A DNA stretch of 63,364 nucleotides, filler included, from Choristocarpus tenellus KU-1152 (GCA_964200185.2; 8 parts of 8 records of this genome joined end to end with filler, not necessarily neighbours in it), one strand, 5' to 3'. Positions 26,540 through 39,723 are shown, numbered from the whole stretch's first letter. Notes: a model not told the origin generated them from the letters alone. Numbers and translations are program-made.

Positions 26540-26940
26540 ATTCATTTTGGTTTTTGGATTATCGGCAGTAAGAAAATGTATTACGAAAATCAGTGTGCGC
26601 AAAATGAAATTGACTATCAAAAAGAAAAAATGCAAAATACAAGAAAAGCCACCCAAAGGCTCCATGGGCATACATCTCTGAGGTCATGGTGTTCACTCCA
26701 GGAGAAGAATGTCTAGGGAAGGGTCGAAATAGACGGAAGGTAACACGGGCTATAGCAGACTGCTCTTTCGTCACCAGGCGCTCACTAACTGTGTTTAAAA
26801 TGGTTTGAATTTGTGCATCACCTTCGGGTGGCGTGTCTTGTTTTTTGCATTTTTTCTTTTTGATAGTGAATTTCATTTTGCGCACACTGATTTTCGTAAT
26901 ACATTTTCTTATTGCCGATAGACCAAAAACCAAAATGAAG
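26540..26940. repeat. Long inverted repeat (about 105-bp arms, about 190-bp spacer); foldback or MITE-like element
   Basis: About 26540-26643 (TTCATTTTGGTTTTTGG..GTATTACGAAAATCAGTGTGCGCAAAATGAAATT..CAAGA) is nearly the exact reverse complement of about 26836-26940. The two near-identical ORF-track peptides on opposite strands reflect this. Confidence 0.85.
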
Positions 26941-27149
26941 TTCCTTTTGACACTCTATTGTTAAAAGGAAAAACACTGGGAGATTGTTGTGTTGTAAATT
27001 TCATATTCATATAAAATATATTTGAGGAGGTACCCTACCATTTGACACCTACTTTTAACCTTGTCAAATTGTTATAGTAGTAGTGTTGGTTTCCCCATCC
27101 CTCTTCTCGCATCTACAAATAAATGCCACATGTTTTAATGATAGATTCA

Positions 27150-27420
27150 TGTATATTATACCTTCACGGTGGAAAGTTTTTTGCAAGCAAGCGGAACATT
27201 TCCTAGATGAGCCAGCTACACGGGCGGTAGGGGGGAGAGGAACTGGAGGCTATAGCAGAAAAGGAGCCGTCAAATCCTGCCTATGCCAGATAGTCTCAGT
27301 CACAACACTAGTAGCCCTATCTAGACGGGCCATGCGTACTAAGCTGCAGTCACCAGGGAGATGGGCAAGGAGGGGTTAGATTCTTGGGGTGCTTCCCTAG
27401 CTCCTCAGCCTGGGGTGAGG
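27150..27420 (+). mobile_element. Non-LTR retrotransposon 3' remnant (REL-endonuclease type); an inverted relative lies at about 27830-27990
   Basis: KQAEHFLDEPATRAVGG..KGAVKSCLCQIVSVTTLVALSRR is homologous to the copies at about 31650-31830 and 34140-34400. Confidence 0.65.
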
Positions 27421-28445
27421 AATAGATTTGAGACACAGGAAGGCAATAGTACAACAGAGATAGTAGTAAAATAGGAAATAGATCAACATTTTTCACTTTT
27501 GTGACAACCGTCACTTTTTTTAGGGATTTTTCAGACATGCGCATAGTTCTCATTAGTTTTTCCCCTGACAAATCTGCAAAATGTCAGAGGGCATAATAAT
27601 ATAATATACATCATTAACCTTTTTGACATTTTGTAGACATGTCAGGGAAAACGTCAGCCCAATATTACAAGGACCACTGTAAAAGTAACAGGTGTCGTAA
27701 ATGGGAAAGATATATCTAAAATATATTTACTATTTGAATACCAGCTATACAATAAATATTCCATTAATGCTTGGCAATTACAATGTTACGTGTACATTGC
27801 TCCTATACCTCTAACCTAGCCTAGCCCTAAATGACTAGGCGAGGAGTTAGGGAAGCATCCCAAGAAACTGACAGGCCCCTACTTGCCCATCTGCTTGATG
27901 TCTATAGCTTGAAATGCATGACATGTCTCTAGAGAGTCACTTATGTCACGGCTGGCACTATCAGATTCTGTCAAAAGCGGGATTTGGCAGCCCCTTTCCT
28001 GCTGCTATAACTTCCCCCCCCCTCTCCCCCCTAATACGTTTTTATCCAACTCATCCAAAAAACTTTCTGCAATATTTATGTATCTCAGTACTTGCTTTAA
28101 CTGGTTTTTCAAACCGATTTCACGGTAGTGAGGAATGTACTTCAATTGGTCGGTTCAAATTTGGCATTCTACAGACATTTGTTTGTTGGTGAGGAATTTG
28201 GTAAAATTCATGAGGTTGGAGTGGATTAGATAAATATTTTTAGTATTTGGAAAATCAACAACAATAAAAAAAAACGTTTCGTGATTTAGCCAATGAAATT
28301 TCCCTAAAAACCCTCATCCTTATCCCATTTTTAAAACATAAAAACGGGTGAGACCTATTGTAGTATGGTTGGTAGTCCAACAAACGTAAACAAAAATAGT
28401 GTAATGTGATAACTGGCAAAGGACCAAGCAAAGGACCAAGCAAAG

Positions 28446-29110
28446 ATGGAGAGCACCAAGCTGGTGGGTCCTGACGTGCTACCCGTGCGTCTTGGGCGCG
28501 TTCTACACATACTGCACTTAGCCATCCGTGCAGGGTTGGAGACTTCCTTGTTTATGGACAAGATGGGAATGGGAAGTTGGGAGAAGTGGCCCGCCAATCA
28601 CCTCATGGCCCTGTCAGGGTTGGTCGGGTATAATACCAGCAATAAGACTTCCTCTTCCGAATGGGTCGAAATGGTAAATTTAGTGAAGAACCAATTCCGA
28701 ATATGCTGGAAAGGGAAGTTCATGCGCCCAGCAGAACACAATGGATGGTGATTTGGGACTCAGTATTGCTATTGGAAAGGCGGTGGGGACTGAGCTCACT
28801 CAGTGGTTGCTCATCAACTTGGACTCAATACACTTCCAGGACTTCTGGAGGATACAAAGTTCGATTCTCTAAAAACGAAAGATGCACAAAGTCGACTGAT
28901 CACCCAGAGCTTGATTTTGTGCCTACTGAGCGGTACAAAGCTGCATGCAGTCGAAATATTCATGGAAGTGGTGAATTCCCGCTGCAAATGTGCCAGTCGG
29001 CGAAACCCGTCCCCCTTACTGCTCAAAAGGCAAAAGAGGAAGAGGCACAGACCCTCCCAAACTGTCAGCAAAAACAAAAACAAGTAGCAGGGGATGGATG
29101 TCCTGTTGGA
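28446..29110 (+). pseudogene. Possible decayed DDE transposase (hAT-like)
   Basis: RLGRVLHILHLA resembles a decayed CxxH motif and RTQWMVIWDS resembles the TRW motif; frameshifted. Confidence 0.3.
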
Positions 29111-31229
29111 TGAAGAGTATATGCAGGACCATTAGGTAAGTAACACTACAGGTGTTCCTACATTATGTCCACCTTCAGTCGAGTCCATTGAGCCCAACTC
29201 CTGAGCTCTTTCGTATCTTGTTGACAGTGTGCTCTCTCATTCGATCAAGGGGGTAGTAATTTCAGCTGCTGAGAATTTCAATAAACCTTAGGTCTAGGGG
29301 TTCTATGCATTATTTATCTTAATTAATGTGTTTCCTAGTTTTGATCGTTGGTTATGAGACCCTCAACCTTTGTGTGTGCTAGCATTTGTGGTAAGTTTGC
29401 AGATAAATGCAATCTATTTCCGTGCCCCCAAAACTAGTGAAGGACACACAATAAGGCCCACCACACACCTAGATTTACCTCCACAACTCCATCCACCATT
29501 CAACAAGAGTCAAGACTTGCTAAATTTAAATTTAGTAGTTCAACTGCATCATTATTTTTCCTGGATACTGATGCTGCATTAACACAAAATCAAAAAAGGA
29601 CCTGACCTGGTGGATAGCCCAGGTCATCTACCACAGCCTCGTTAAAGAGTACTGCCTGCGTATTCGCAGTCTTGTATACCATGCTGTAAACCTTGAAAAA
29701 ACCACATACCATGACCACAGCACAACTTCATCCCAAAACGAAGTATTGTAATATTTTTGTCCTGATTTCGGATTGATTCGTCCCCAGCAATCACAATGAT
29801 TGAGGAGGCTCGAGTTGCCTTCTTCAATTCTTCATCTAACTTACATATCTTTAGAGTCAAAGCTTTCACAGCCTTGTGATAAATTATATTTATATTTTAT
29901 GTACGGGGATATCAAGCAATCCTGCTCATGTAGTCCCTAATCAGGGACCTGAGCTGATTCAGCGCTAAACCAGCCTCGATGTTATTCTGGCAAAGTCTTG
30001 CTACTGCCTCACCATATTCTCCTACAGGCTTGAGTGATTGAATAACTGTGTGTATTACACTATACTAACCACACAGCTTTCGTTCCTCAATCCTACCAGC
30101 TCTATGTCCCATCCTAGTGTCCTCAGACTCTTCAGCACTCATTGATTTGTTGCAAAAAACGCTTTGAGAGTCCCTCAACACAAATTTGTCGATACCTTTT
30201 CTGAAAAATTTCGTATTGCATGATATTTATGGGAAACATACCGAAAATAGTGAATAAAAATCCCCACTTAAATATTCTAAGAAAATCAGTTGCTAAGAAA
30301 ACTATCCCTCTGCATTGTAGACTATCTCTATGAAATGTTCGACATCAACCATTATTGTCTCGTCATGATGGACATACTGCAAAGTTCAAGTGGATTAGTA
30401 AGGAAGTAAGTTCTGTTGCAGAGAGGAGAAGTGTTGTGTTGATCGGGGGACACCAACTTCACAACCGCTTGGGGCAAGCGGCAACCACCATGAAAAAGAG
30501 AACAAACGGCTCTCATTCCCAGGTCTAACAGTACGTTAGATCATTTGCTAAAGGTTTTTGATGAATAGGGTGGATTTAAAAGTTAAAAAAGTTAGGGAAG
30601 GGTTAGTTAGGCACGTCCGTAATAGGTCCGAATTAAAAATAAACTACAATCTTATCAACTCTAGAAGTTTTACCAACTCCTGTTTGGGGAGCCACAAAAA
30701 AACTCTCACGTCCAAGCTAAGACCTCAACTTGAAATTCTTGATCACAGCCCTTCCAGTCACACACGACACAAATGTACCACCAGTTGAAAAGTGTCTGAG
30801 ATTGTTAAAAGAAAAAATCTGACGCTGGTTGAAAGTGGGTCGTGATAGCAGAAAGGCAGCAAGAATGTGTCCTTGGTCCACGTCAACATCAACCGAGTTG
30901 CCTAGGTGTTGCGAACCCATTCCATTCTCTTGCTCATTTGACCTACAAACTACTCCAAAGTATACCATCTGTATCCAAATCTTCCATCTAGAAATTCTTA
31001 AGACCCCTTTAACGTGCACGCTTGGGAGTATAGAGGTATTTACCAAAACCTGAGCTATGTTTCTGAACAGAGGAGGGATTTAATTTGCACTACGGACTGT
31101 TATTGTATTATAATAATATTGGTTGAAGTGATTGATATTTCTTTCATATTTACGACAGAGCCGTACCCTCTCTCTACAACAGTACATGATAGAATAAGAG
31201 GTAGAGGAGGCACTATCCAACTGCTGCCC

Positions 31230-31900
31230 GGTGCCTGGATGTATGCAACAAGGGGTGGACACTAGTTGTGCACACGCATGTCCCAAGGCTGGAGAACAAG
31301 TACAACAGCATTCACCTATGGTCAGGCAACTGGGCAGCGCAGGCAGATAGGTTTTCCTACCCTCCTGGAGAATGGAGGAATATTCACCATTCATCATTGG
31401 CCACAATTTCCGTATGGATGAGGTATTCCATTCGGGGGCACTCTCTAATGCAGTCACTGCTCCTTACTGGGAAAAGGACTCAATTCTGGATGTGTTCTTC
31501 ACTGAAGTTCAAGCGAATTGCCACCATCAATATTCATCAGCGCACAGCAGCATCACTGCTGCTGCAGCCAAGGTCTGTCTGGAAGCACAACCACTACGAG
31601 GGATCTCTTAGCCCCTCATTGTTTTAACCTCAACATCTTCATGTTTGAAAGCTTCAGCCGCATAGGCACACAGGCAGAGCAATTTTTGGATGAGCTGGCG
31701 ACTTATGCTATGGGTGGTAGGAGGGCGGAGTACTTTAGTCAGGAGGGAGCTGTGAAGGCATGCCTGCCTGTGACAGATTGTGGCAGTAACTGCTCAAATA
31801 TCAGTCTTCTGGCAGCGTGTCATGCATTTTAAACTGGAGACACCGAGTTGATGGACTGAAAGTGACTCATTGGATTCTTCTCTTGCTTCTCGATCACCTT
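31230..31900 (+). mobile_element. Non-LTR retrotransposon C-terminal remnant: zinc-knuckle region plus restriction-like endonuclease (REL)
   Basis: Frameshifted fragments HHSSLATI, PF..RMDEV..GAL, ILDVFFTEVQA, AAAAK..EAQ and FESFSRIGTQAEQFLDELATY follow the RxD..D..K..ExxGxxG layout of REL domains in CRE/NeSL/R2-like clades. Confidence 0.65.
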
Positions 31901-31912
31901 CATAAAGTCAGT

Positions 31913-33551
31913 TGTTGAAAAATTTCACACTGGACCCATGGTTAAGATGTGCTTTGGCAGAGGACAATATCTGACTTCGTGCGAATATACTCCCTCTGTT
32001 CTGTAAGTCTGTAACGCTATGAATTTTCACGTTTTTTTTTGTCATTTCTTCACGAATGTGAGGACTTACCCAGTGATGCATGAGTTAAATTGAAGTTCTG
32101 GATATTATTGTTCAAAAGGGATTATTGGTTTTCATTTTTATTCCGAAATAGTTTTGAATCTGTTCCGAGAAGTGAATAGAAAAATTTGTCCTTTTCGACC
32201 CCATTTCCAGTAAATGCGCTGCGCCTGGTGATGGGTACAGCGCCCCCCCACTGTCACACAACATCTCAGCACCTTGCCAAGGGCCGTACGACTCTCGCTT
32301 TAACCTCCAGACCATCTGCGATTCGAGTCCTGTAGCCAAGCAGCGAGAAACCGCATCAATTACAGAAGCGACCTAAACACGATTCATATCGACGAAGCAT
32401 GGCTCTACCTCATCCGTGACGGGGAGTGTATCCGCTTGTTCCTGGATATTCCACCAAGGTACAGCACAATATTTACATGCCTAAGGTGATGTTCATCTGC
32501 GCCGCTTCGCATCCAGATCCTTCCCACAATTTCGAGCACTTACAGCGTGTTTGAATCATCAAGCAGGCACAGAGAAATTTGTCCCACTGCGAGAGGGGAC
32601 ATCAGTACAACTTTAATGTGACAATTGTGATACCGGGAGTGGTACATCGAGACGTTTCTCATCGCATTGAAGGAAAAAATGCTGTGGTTGGAGTTTGAGG
32701 AGGTGGTCGCACAGCAGGACGGAGCTACCCCCCATACAAGAAAAGACATGCCACAGCTCAACGAAGCCGGGAGGGAGAGAGGGTGCAATGTCAACCTCGC
32801 GATGCAGCCTGTACAGTCACCAGATCTCAATATCAACGATTTGGGGTTCTTTGCACCCCTAAATAGCAGAGCTTGGGAGGAACGTTACAGTGTGGTAAAG
32901 AGCATGCATGGTGTGTTTATGGCAAGTACCTTAGAGAGGGTGTGGCAAAGACTCTTTAAGTGGTACAATCAAGTTTTGAAGGCGCTAGGGGGTAACAACT
33001 TGGAGATAAAGCACACCTGAAACCCAAATCAATCAAGATCAACAGAGGGGTTTTGACACGGTGGTGGATTGGTGGGTTAATTGGCACAAGGAAAGTGACC
33101 AAGATTGATATTAACGTAAAAAACATAAGGAATCTAACGAAAAAAGTCGCCTTTTCATTTTAGGTCATCTCGAGAAGTTACACCCTCCTTGATGTCGCAG
33201 ACTTATGAGACAAAGGGGGTAGTAGTATTGGTACAAGGGGCTTGTGGTCTCAATTCCGTTGATTGAACTAGTGCGGGTTGAGGGCATCCATTACCACCAC
33301 TACCATTCCTATTGTATGGGGATTAATTATACCAACTATGAATCAATTACATATTTGTCTTCAGCATAACGAGCATATCTGGAACAGAACACTAATCGCT
33401 GGTATATGATGTTTTACATCAAACAAACAGAAAGTTCTAACTACACAAACAATACACTGGTATGTCCATAATCGACTTTCCATCTGAATAGATACTCTAC
33501 CAGTAGTAGTGGTGTCTGTCTATAGTGTATTAGTAGTGCTATCAATAGACA
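31913..33551 (+). mobile_element. Solo LTR (TGTTGAA...ACA) split by a mariner insertion
   Basis: 31913-31989 plus 33220-33551 align with the LTR copies at 43663 and 48531 (TGTTGAA..TGGACCC; CTTGTGGTCTCAATTCCG; GTCTAxxGTGTAT). Flanks TCAGT/TAAGT form a near-perfect 5-bp TSD. Confidence 0.75.
31990..33219 (+). mobile_element. Tc1/mariner DD39D (plant-mariner type) transposon, internally deleted and decayed
   Basis: TA flanks on both sides; imperfect 26-bp TIRs CTCCCTCTGTTCTGTAAGTCTGTAAC / GTCGCAGACTTATGAGACAAAGGGGG (about 18/26). Motifs IHIDEAWLY, PKVMF and QQDGATPH...QPVQSPDLNINDLGFF, with 39 residues between the second and third Asp. Confidence 0.9.
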
Positions 33552-33627
33552 TAAGTAGTCTAGGACGAGTTTCAACTTTTTTAGCTGCTTTTAGTAGTTT
33601 CCTTGTTTTCAAATGTGCTACAAGTCT

Positions 33628-33888
33628 GAGTGAGAGTATCTAAGAGGGTTCGAGTTTTGCCCTGTTTTGTCCATTATTTGGGGCTTGGCTTCCCATGTTT
33701 TTTTTTATGACATTTTCCTACTCCAAAATGTTTAGGAGTAGGTAAAATATATACATTATGAAAAGGTGTCCGGAACATGGATATTGACACTTCCTAACAA
33801 ACACGATAGCCAAAATTACATCAAAATCTTAACATTGGATTTTGGTCCCCAAATGGACACGGCTCTACCCTCTAAGATACTTTGGCTC
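33628..33888 (+). mobile_element. MITE family A, full copy
   Basis: Same TIRs and body as the 19659 copy; 4-bp TSD GTCT. Confidence 0.9.
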
Positions 33889-34109
33889 GTCTTAGTGGTG
33901 CGTCTGATGGCGAAATACAGGCTCTATTATTGTTTTGTTTGTTGTATTGATAAGACCTTGTGTTTATTCTTTTACTGACTACGGTTGGAGTGTTTTTTCT
34001 TTGCAATGTGTTTATTATTCTTTCCCCCAAATGGCAAACTACAAAATTTAGTGGTTATATGAATAAATAGTTCTCGTTCTCTCCTTGATGATCAACCATT
34101 CCGAGGGAT

Positions 34110-34400
34110 CTATCACCTCTCACAGTTTTTGCCTTGACAACTTTGCGATGACAATGTTCGGGTGTCTAGGCAAACAGGCAGAGTGTTACCTGGATGAAGT
34201 AGCAACTCACGTAGTATGTGGTAGGAGGGCTGAGGGTTTTGTCAGGAAGGAGGAGTGAAGGCACGACTGTGACAGATCGTGTAAGTCAAGCACAAATTGT
34301 AATCTCCAGGTAGGTGTGTTATGCAGCTTAAGCAGGAGACTCTGGTTTGGTGGGCTAGATGGGGCTAAACTGACTCGTCTAGACCGCCTTCATAGCACCA
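34110..34400 (+). mobile_element. Non-LTR (REL-type) retrotransposon 3' remnant
   Basis: FAMTMFGCLGKQAECYLDEVATHVVCGRRAEGFVRK is homologous to the 27150 and 31650 copies. Confidence 0.65.
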
Positions 34401-35541
34401 GCTTAGGAGCAGTTTTAGCTATTATAGCTCAGTAGGGTACTTGCTCGTTGTTTTCGAATACACTGAAAGTAACTCTTGTTGGTGTATTTGAAGGACTTTC
34501 CTGTAATAAATGAATACATACTCCATGATTTTGTTTATTTTATTCAAACCTTCATATATAAATAGTATATATTTATGGTGTATTTTTCATAGTTGTAAGT
34601 AACAAATTTTGTCCCATTCCCCCTTATTACATAATATATTATTATGCACACAATCTACTGATATCACATCTACACACATTTCAAACATGTTATCGTCATC
34701 AAGGAAACAAGAAATATGAAAAAAATAAACATCATAACAAAAATGTTAGTCGACATATAAATGTATATATATGTTGTCCTTATGATTGAGTGGTTAGTGG
34801 AGACTGTTCCCTGGAAAAATTCCCACAGTCCAAACCTCACCAACTCCATACCCTTCTTAGTGGAGGTATAGTTTCGAGCGTTTAAAGTCTACTTGATAAG
34901 AGCTTTATGAATCGTACTCTTAAGTACCTACAGATTGTACACCTATATCACCCTCTACTACCCTATCTATCGCCATGTCTCAAAAAAGTGCAGGACCAAC
35001 AACAAAGTATGCCTTGATATCACTAGACAATGAAGTCTTGTCACTTCGTTAATAGTTCGGCATAGCGAAAGACAGGGAATTTGTATGTAATGTCAATGAT
35101 AGAGAATACCAAACTTGGGATTCGGAACTTCGTTACCGGCATGAAAAGGGTTCGAACTCGCACATCATATATTTAGAAACGCGATTTCTTACCCATTCTG
35201 CTAAGTCATATATTACCCCGATTATAAGATTGGTATCTAGTCCAACCATAAAAAAAAGTATGGTTTGTAGTTTAGCTGCATTTATTTGAGATATCGCGTG
35301 GTAGACAACAATATGAAAACTCAAAAACTCGAACTTTCCCACTCCCTCTAAGAACATCCACATCACATGGATTGAATTCACATTGGACAGACAGGCAGGA
35401 ACAAGGAAATACCCATACCGCATCTACGTAAACAAACCCTACACATCCCTTGAAACAATCAGCGTTGATCGTGTAGTCTCCTACCGATTTTTGTCAGACG
35501 TGCTTCGAAAGTCAAGGTCGCACCCTTACATCCATTTCAAA

Positions 35542-38293
35542 ATGGAGTCCGTCAAGACCCATCTGCAAGCAGCGGTAGATCTAGGGGAGAGCATCGTCGA
35601 CAGGTTTCCGACAGCATGCCAGACTGGTGAGTGTTCTAATTTTCCCCTCTAGGTTTTTTCAATTCCTCTTCTGGTGAAGGAATGTTGAAACTATTTGGTG
35701 AGGCAGTAGAAACCCGGGTCCTTCTCTTTACTTAGTGCAACTGGTACCTTCTGTTTTATGGTGCTGTTCCCTCAGTTGCGGATTACGGTCCCTAGCACAT
35801 GGCATGGCGGGCAGAGCATAGCTGGATATCCCTATAGAACGGAAGTAAACCATGGGCTCCGGAATACAGGATTGTGTTTTCTGGGTTGGATGATTTGGGA
35901 GTCGATCTAAATACAACCTTTGCTGGATCGTTTTATGTGGGCAACGAGTTCTAGTGGAAAGACATTTGTTTGGCCGACGTTGCCTTAAGGTTGAACGAGG
36001 GGTCTGGTTTGGTTCTTTCCTTGACACGTTGCAATCAGAGCTGGGGGGGACATTCATTCTCGTCCTGTCGTGGAGGCGTGTTCAAGATCGTGTAGGCATA
36101 GTTATTGCATTGCTTGAGATATCATATTATCTATCTTGGCATATGGCACTATATTATTGACCGTGCTTCACACCAAATACGGATAGGCTCTTCCTGCCAT
36201 AGGTGGATCTGTTAGCGTTGCCAATTGTGAATGAGGTATTCCCTCCTTAACAAAGGGTGTCAGCTTTTGGCACTTCACAATACTTTATTTTTGAGGCACA
36301 AGATGGTGTACTAAGGTGAATTAAATTTCCAAGTTTTTCATTTTCTTGATGACTATATGAAAAACGTTTCAGTCTCCATGAAGTAGGAGTTCTATGCGTT
36401 TTAGAGAAGGAAGTTGTGATATTCGGGCATGAATACTGTGCATGATGCAGGATCAGGTCACAAGCAGTAGGGGACTGAACACTCCGTGTCAACCAGCCTT
36501 CTTCCCCTGCACTTCCCTCAGTATGCTTTGGTTTCCTCTACATTGCCATTCCAAACTAATTCATATCCCAGACCACTACAGTTGAGCGAACATTTGGATC
36601 CCTGTTTTTTTTTTAATTATTTTTTTTACTCTTTCCTTGACATCACTGTTCACTTTCCCCCCTACCCTTCCCCCTTCCTTCTACTTCCTATTTTCCTGCT
36701 CTCTCTCTCTGCATCCAACTTGATGGGTGAGTGCAGAATACATGAAAAAGCTGGAGCTCAGGTTTGGCTACTCACGAGCCTACTTCTTTCTCATCTTTGC
36801 CTTGGTTGTGTTTTTTGTGCTTCTATTTGTGGGGGGCACACAGCTGATTGCAAACCTTGCAGGGTTCCTCTACCCGGCCTCCGCAAGCTTCAAGGTAGGA
36901 AGAGAGACTGGAGTGATAGTAGGTAGGAAATGGTGCTCCAAACCATTTGAGGCGTTGATAGTTAACAATAGAGGAAGAAATTTTCAAAGTTGTTTAAGTG
37001 CAGGTTATGTGGATTGGGTTGGCGGTCTCAAAATAATTCAGCAGCTGGTTTGGGGGCTTGGTGGAGGTTGATGGAAGCAATGCAGCAATGCTGAACTGGA
37101 TGTGTGCATCTATTGGTTGCAGAAATGTGGGTTACCCGACCAGAAATGAGACAAGAAACTTCCAATGCTTCAGGGCTTGTTCTTTGAACAAGCAAAAGAT
37201 AGGTTTGATCCTCGTGAGGGAGCCTTGTATCGAAGCTACTGGAGGGTTGCAATATCAACAGGGGTTGGGGTTCTACATGTTGCTGGATGTGTGAGCCTGC
37301 AAGATGCAACAACAGTGGAGCTTGACATCTGGGATCATTTAGCTCTTGCTTGGACAGCCCAAGTGCATTTTTGTTGAAATACCGTCCTCAGGCACTTTTT
37401 GTTGGGTTTTTTGTCCTTTGATTCCCCCTCTTCTGAGTATTGGGTCAACTCCCTACCTGCCTGCCCCTGCCCCACTGCATGCTAATCTTTGCCCCTGATA
37501 TTGCAGCTTTGTACCTAAGCACCAAAAATTCCCTTACATGCCCTCTGTTAAGTAGAATACTTTGTGTAGTGTAATCCAGACACTTTGCTTGTGGTCTTTC
37601 TAATAGCTTGGATTCAATGCAGTATTCAAGATCTAACTGTTTTTCTTGAAAGTTTGTACTGACAGTTCTTCTTGTGCTGTCCTTGCATATCCTTTGTTCT
37701 TCCCTCCCCTCGCTTCCTTCTGTCTGGATTTGTGGGATCATGTATGATACATAAGGCCATTGACTCACCTGATGTGTTGGCCAGCACGCAATGGCTTAGC
37801 TATTGGACAATATTCGGAGCATTTGCAACTGCTGAGACAGTCCTTGGGTGGGTACATTGGGGACTTGAAGACAGAGGCTGACATGTATTGTTCTTACTTT
37901 TTGGTAGAGGGGGAGAGGGGTGAGAGAAAAATAGTGGGAGGGGGAAAGTAATGGTGCCTGGTAGATCCAACATGGAAGGGAATCACATTATGCAAAAACA
38001 ATTTGTGATGGTTAGTATTTGGTGAAGCCTCATTCTGTTCTATGCATTCGTATTTGAATTTTGAGGAAAGTCATAGTACCATTCAATCATCCCCATCTAT
38101 TATGTAAGTCAGTTTGTGCTCAGTATTTATATATATATATATATTCCTCCTCTCAGATAGGCTCCAGTACTTCTTGCCTTTGCTCAGATCTCAGCAATGA
38201 CGGCATCAGTGCCCAGGGCAGACCTTTTCTTTCTTGCTTGTTGTCAAAGGAGGTGATTGCAGGGCACATCTTGAAACAAGATGTGGATTGCGC

Positions 38294-38358
<65 letters not shown>

Positions 38359-39723
38359 CCTCCCCAGTAACAATATCCTACACCATCCTCTTTCTCTCTC
38401 TTACCTTTTCCNNNNNNNNNNCCTTTTTTTTTTTTTTTTTTTTGAAAGGGGGGGAGTGCGGGGCCCTTCTAAAAAAAAAATGGGGTTTGCCCCCCCCCCC
38501 CCCCCCCCCCCCTCCCTTGGTTTCAAACCCTCTTCTGTCGTGAAATAGGTGAAAGAGGTGTAATTCCACCAACCTTTGCTCTTTGAATCTCCTCTCCTTG
38601 CGTCAGGTCTCTTGTATCTATCATCCCCTTCTACCACGTCTTAAAGCTTGCGGCCCTTGTGTACTGCTTCAACCCCCAGACCAAGGTGTGGAAACACAGA
38701 GTTGGTGATTTTTTTTCACAGGGTTGGGGGTCACTGTTACAGGAGAGGGGGGGAAGTGGGGCGGGACTGTCAAGATTGAACTACGTGATAGTCAAGCCGT
38801 AGAGAAGGACAGAGGAAGGGCAAGGAGCAATGTAGAGGTGGAATATTTATGGAACACCTATCTACGAAAGTATTTGTTGTTCGCTGGATGATGATGGCAA
38901 GATAGAGCTGGTGTGGGTGAAATGCTCCTCCCTCCCCCTATTAAAAAAAGAAGCATGTTCTGGCCGTGTCCGTGATTAGCATTGCTGGATTTTGTGTTGA
39001 TGGAGTGCTTATATCATGCAGGGGCTGTTTTCGTTGTCTGGAAGGGAGGGGGATTCGTGCGGACTTCATTGATGCTCCTCAATGATATAATGATATGAAT
39101 AACATACCTCTCTTGGTTTGAATGTGCTGGTGTAGGCTATTCAGTTTCCCCTCATCACTCCCATTCTCATCATCTCCGTGCAACCCCCAGGCAATCAGAC
39201 CCATCTGCTCTGTCTCCTGGATTTGTAGATATTGAAGTTGAGGGTGTCATAAGTGATGGTAAATCTTTGTGTTGACCCCCCCCCCCACCCCCACCCACTC
39301 CCCCTGTGTATCACACCATGGGTTGTGTATTGTACCAAATTATAGTGCTGCTATTTTTCTGGGCTCTTGCGCTACTTCCACCCCTCATAAACTGCCTTCC
39401 CTCTATCAACTGGTGCACATGGGGTGTGTGTGAATATTTAATGAATAATGGATCAGGGGGCGACTCGGCTATACAGGAGCGTGATCCACCCGAGGATCAT
39501 TGATCACTTCCTATTTGCCGAACCAGTGAGCTCCAAAAGATCGAAGATGAAGGGGAGCAAGAGCGCTGCAGGGGGTGTAGGTGGTGTGGGGAAGGGAGCA
39601 TCCGCTGGATCAGCTGCAGTCATGGGAAGTGGGGATTGGAAAGACACGGAGCTGAATGAGCTCAGGGTACGGATGAGAACTTGCAATGATTTTGGTGTTT
39701 TTGACGAGGTTTGGGGAGGATGA
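35542..39723 (+). CDS. REEP/DP1/Yop1/HVA22 family ER-shaping membrane protein
   Basis: Exons 35542-35626, 36737-36894, 37756-37847, 38607-38685, and 39457-39669 (possible donor) or 39723 (TGA). Motifs NLAGFLYPASASFKAIDS, QWLSYWTIFG, IPFYHVLKL, NPQTKGATRLYRSVIHP. The C-terminus is uncertain. Confidence 0.9.
38296..38515. repeat. Poly-C/poly-T homopolymer runs around a small gap in REEP intron 3 (low-quality sequence)
   Basis: A C-run of more than 50 nt and a 10-nt N-run; these produce spurious poly-Pro/poly-Gly ORFs. Confidence 0.85.

Noticed and set aside
34776-34850. tRNA or SINE-like A/B boxes
   Set aside because: The boxes are degenerate and I could not fold a cloverleaf.
38061-38637. 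Poly-Pro/poly-Gly ORFs (formin- or extensin-like)
   Set aside because: They come from intronic homopolymer runs and span Ns.
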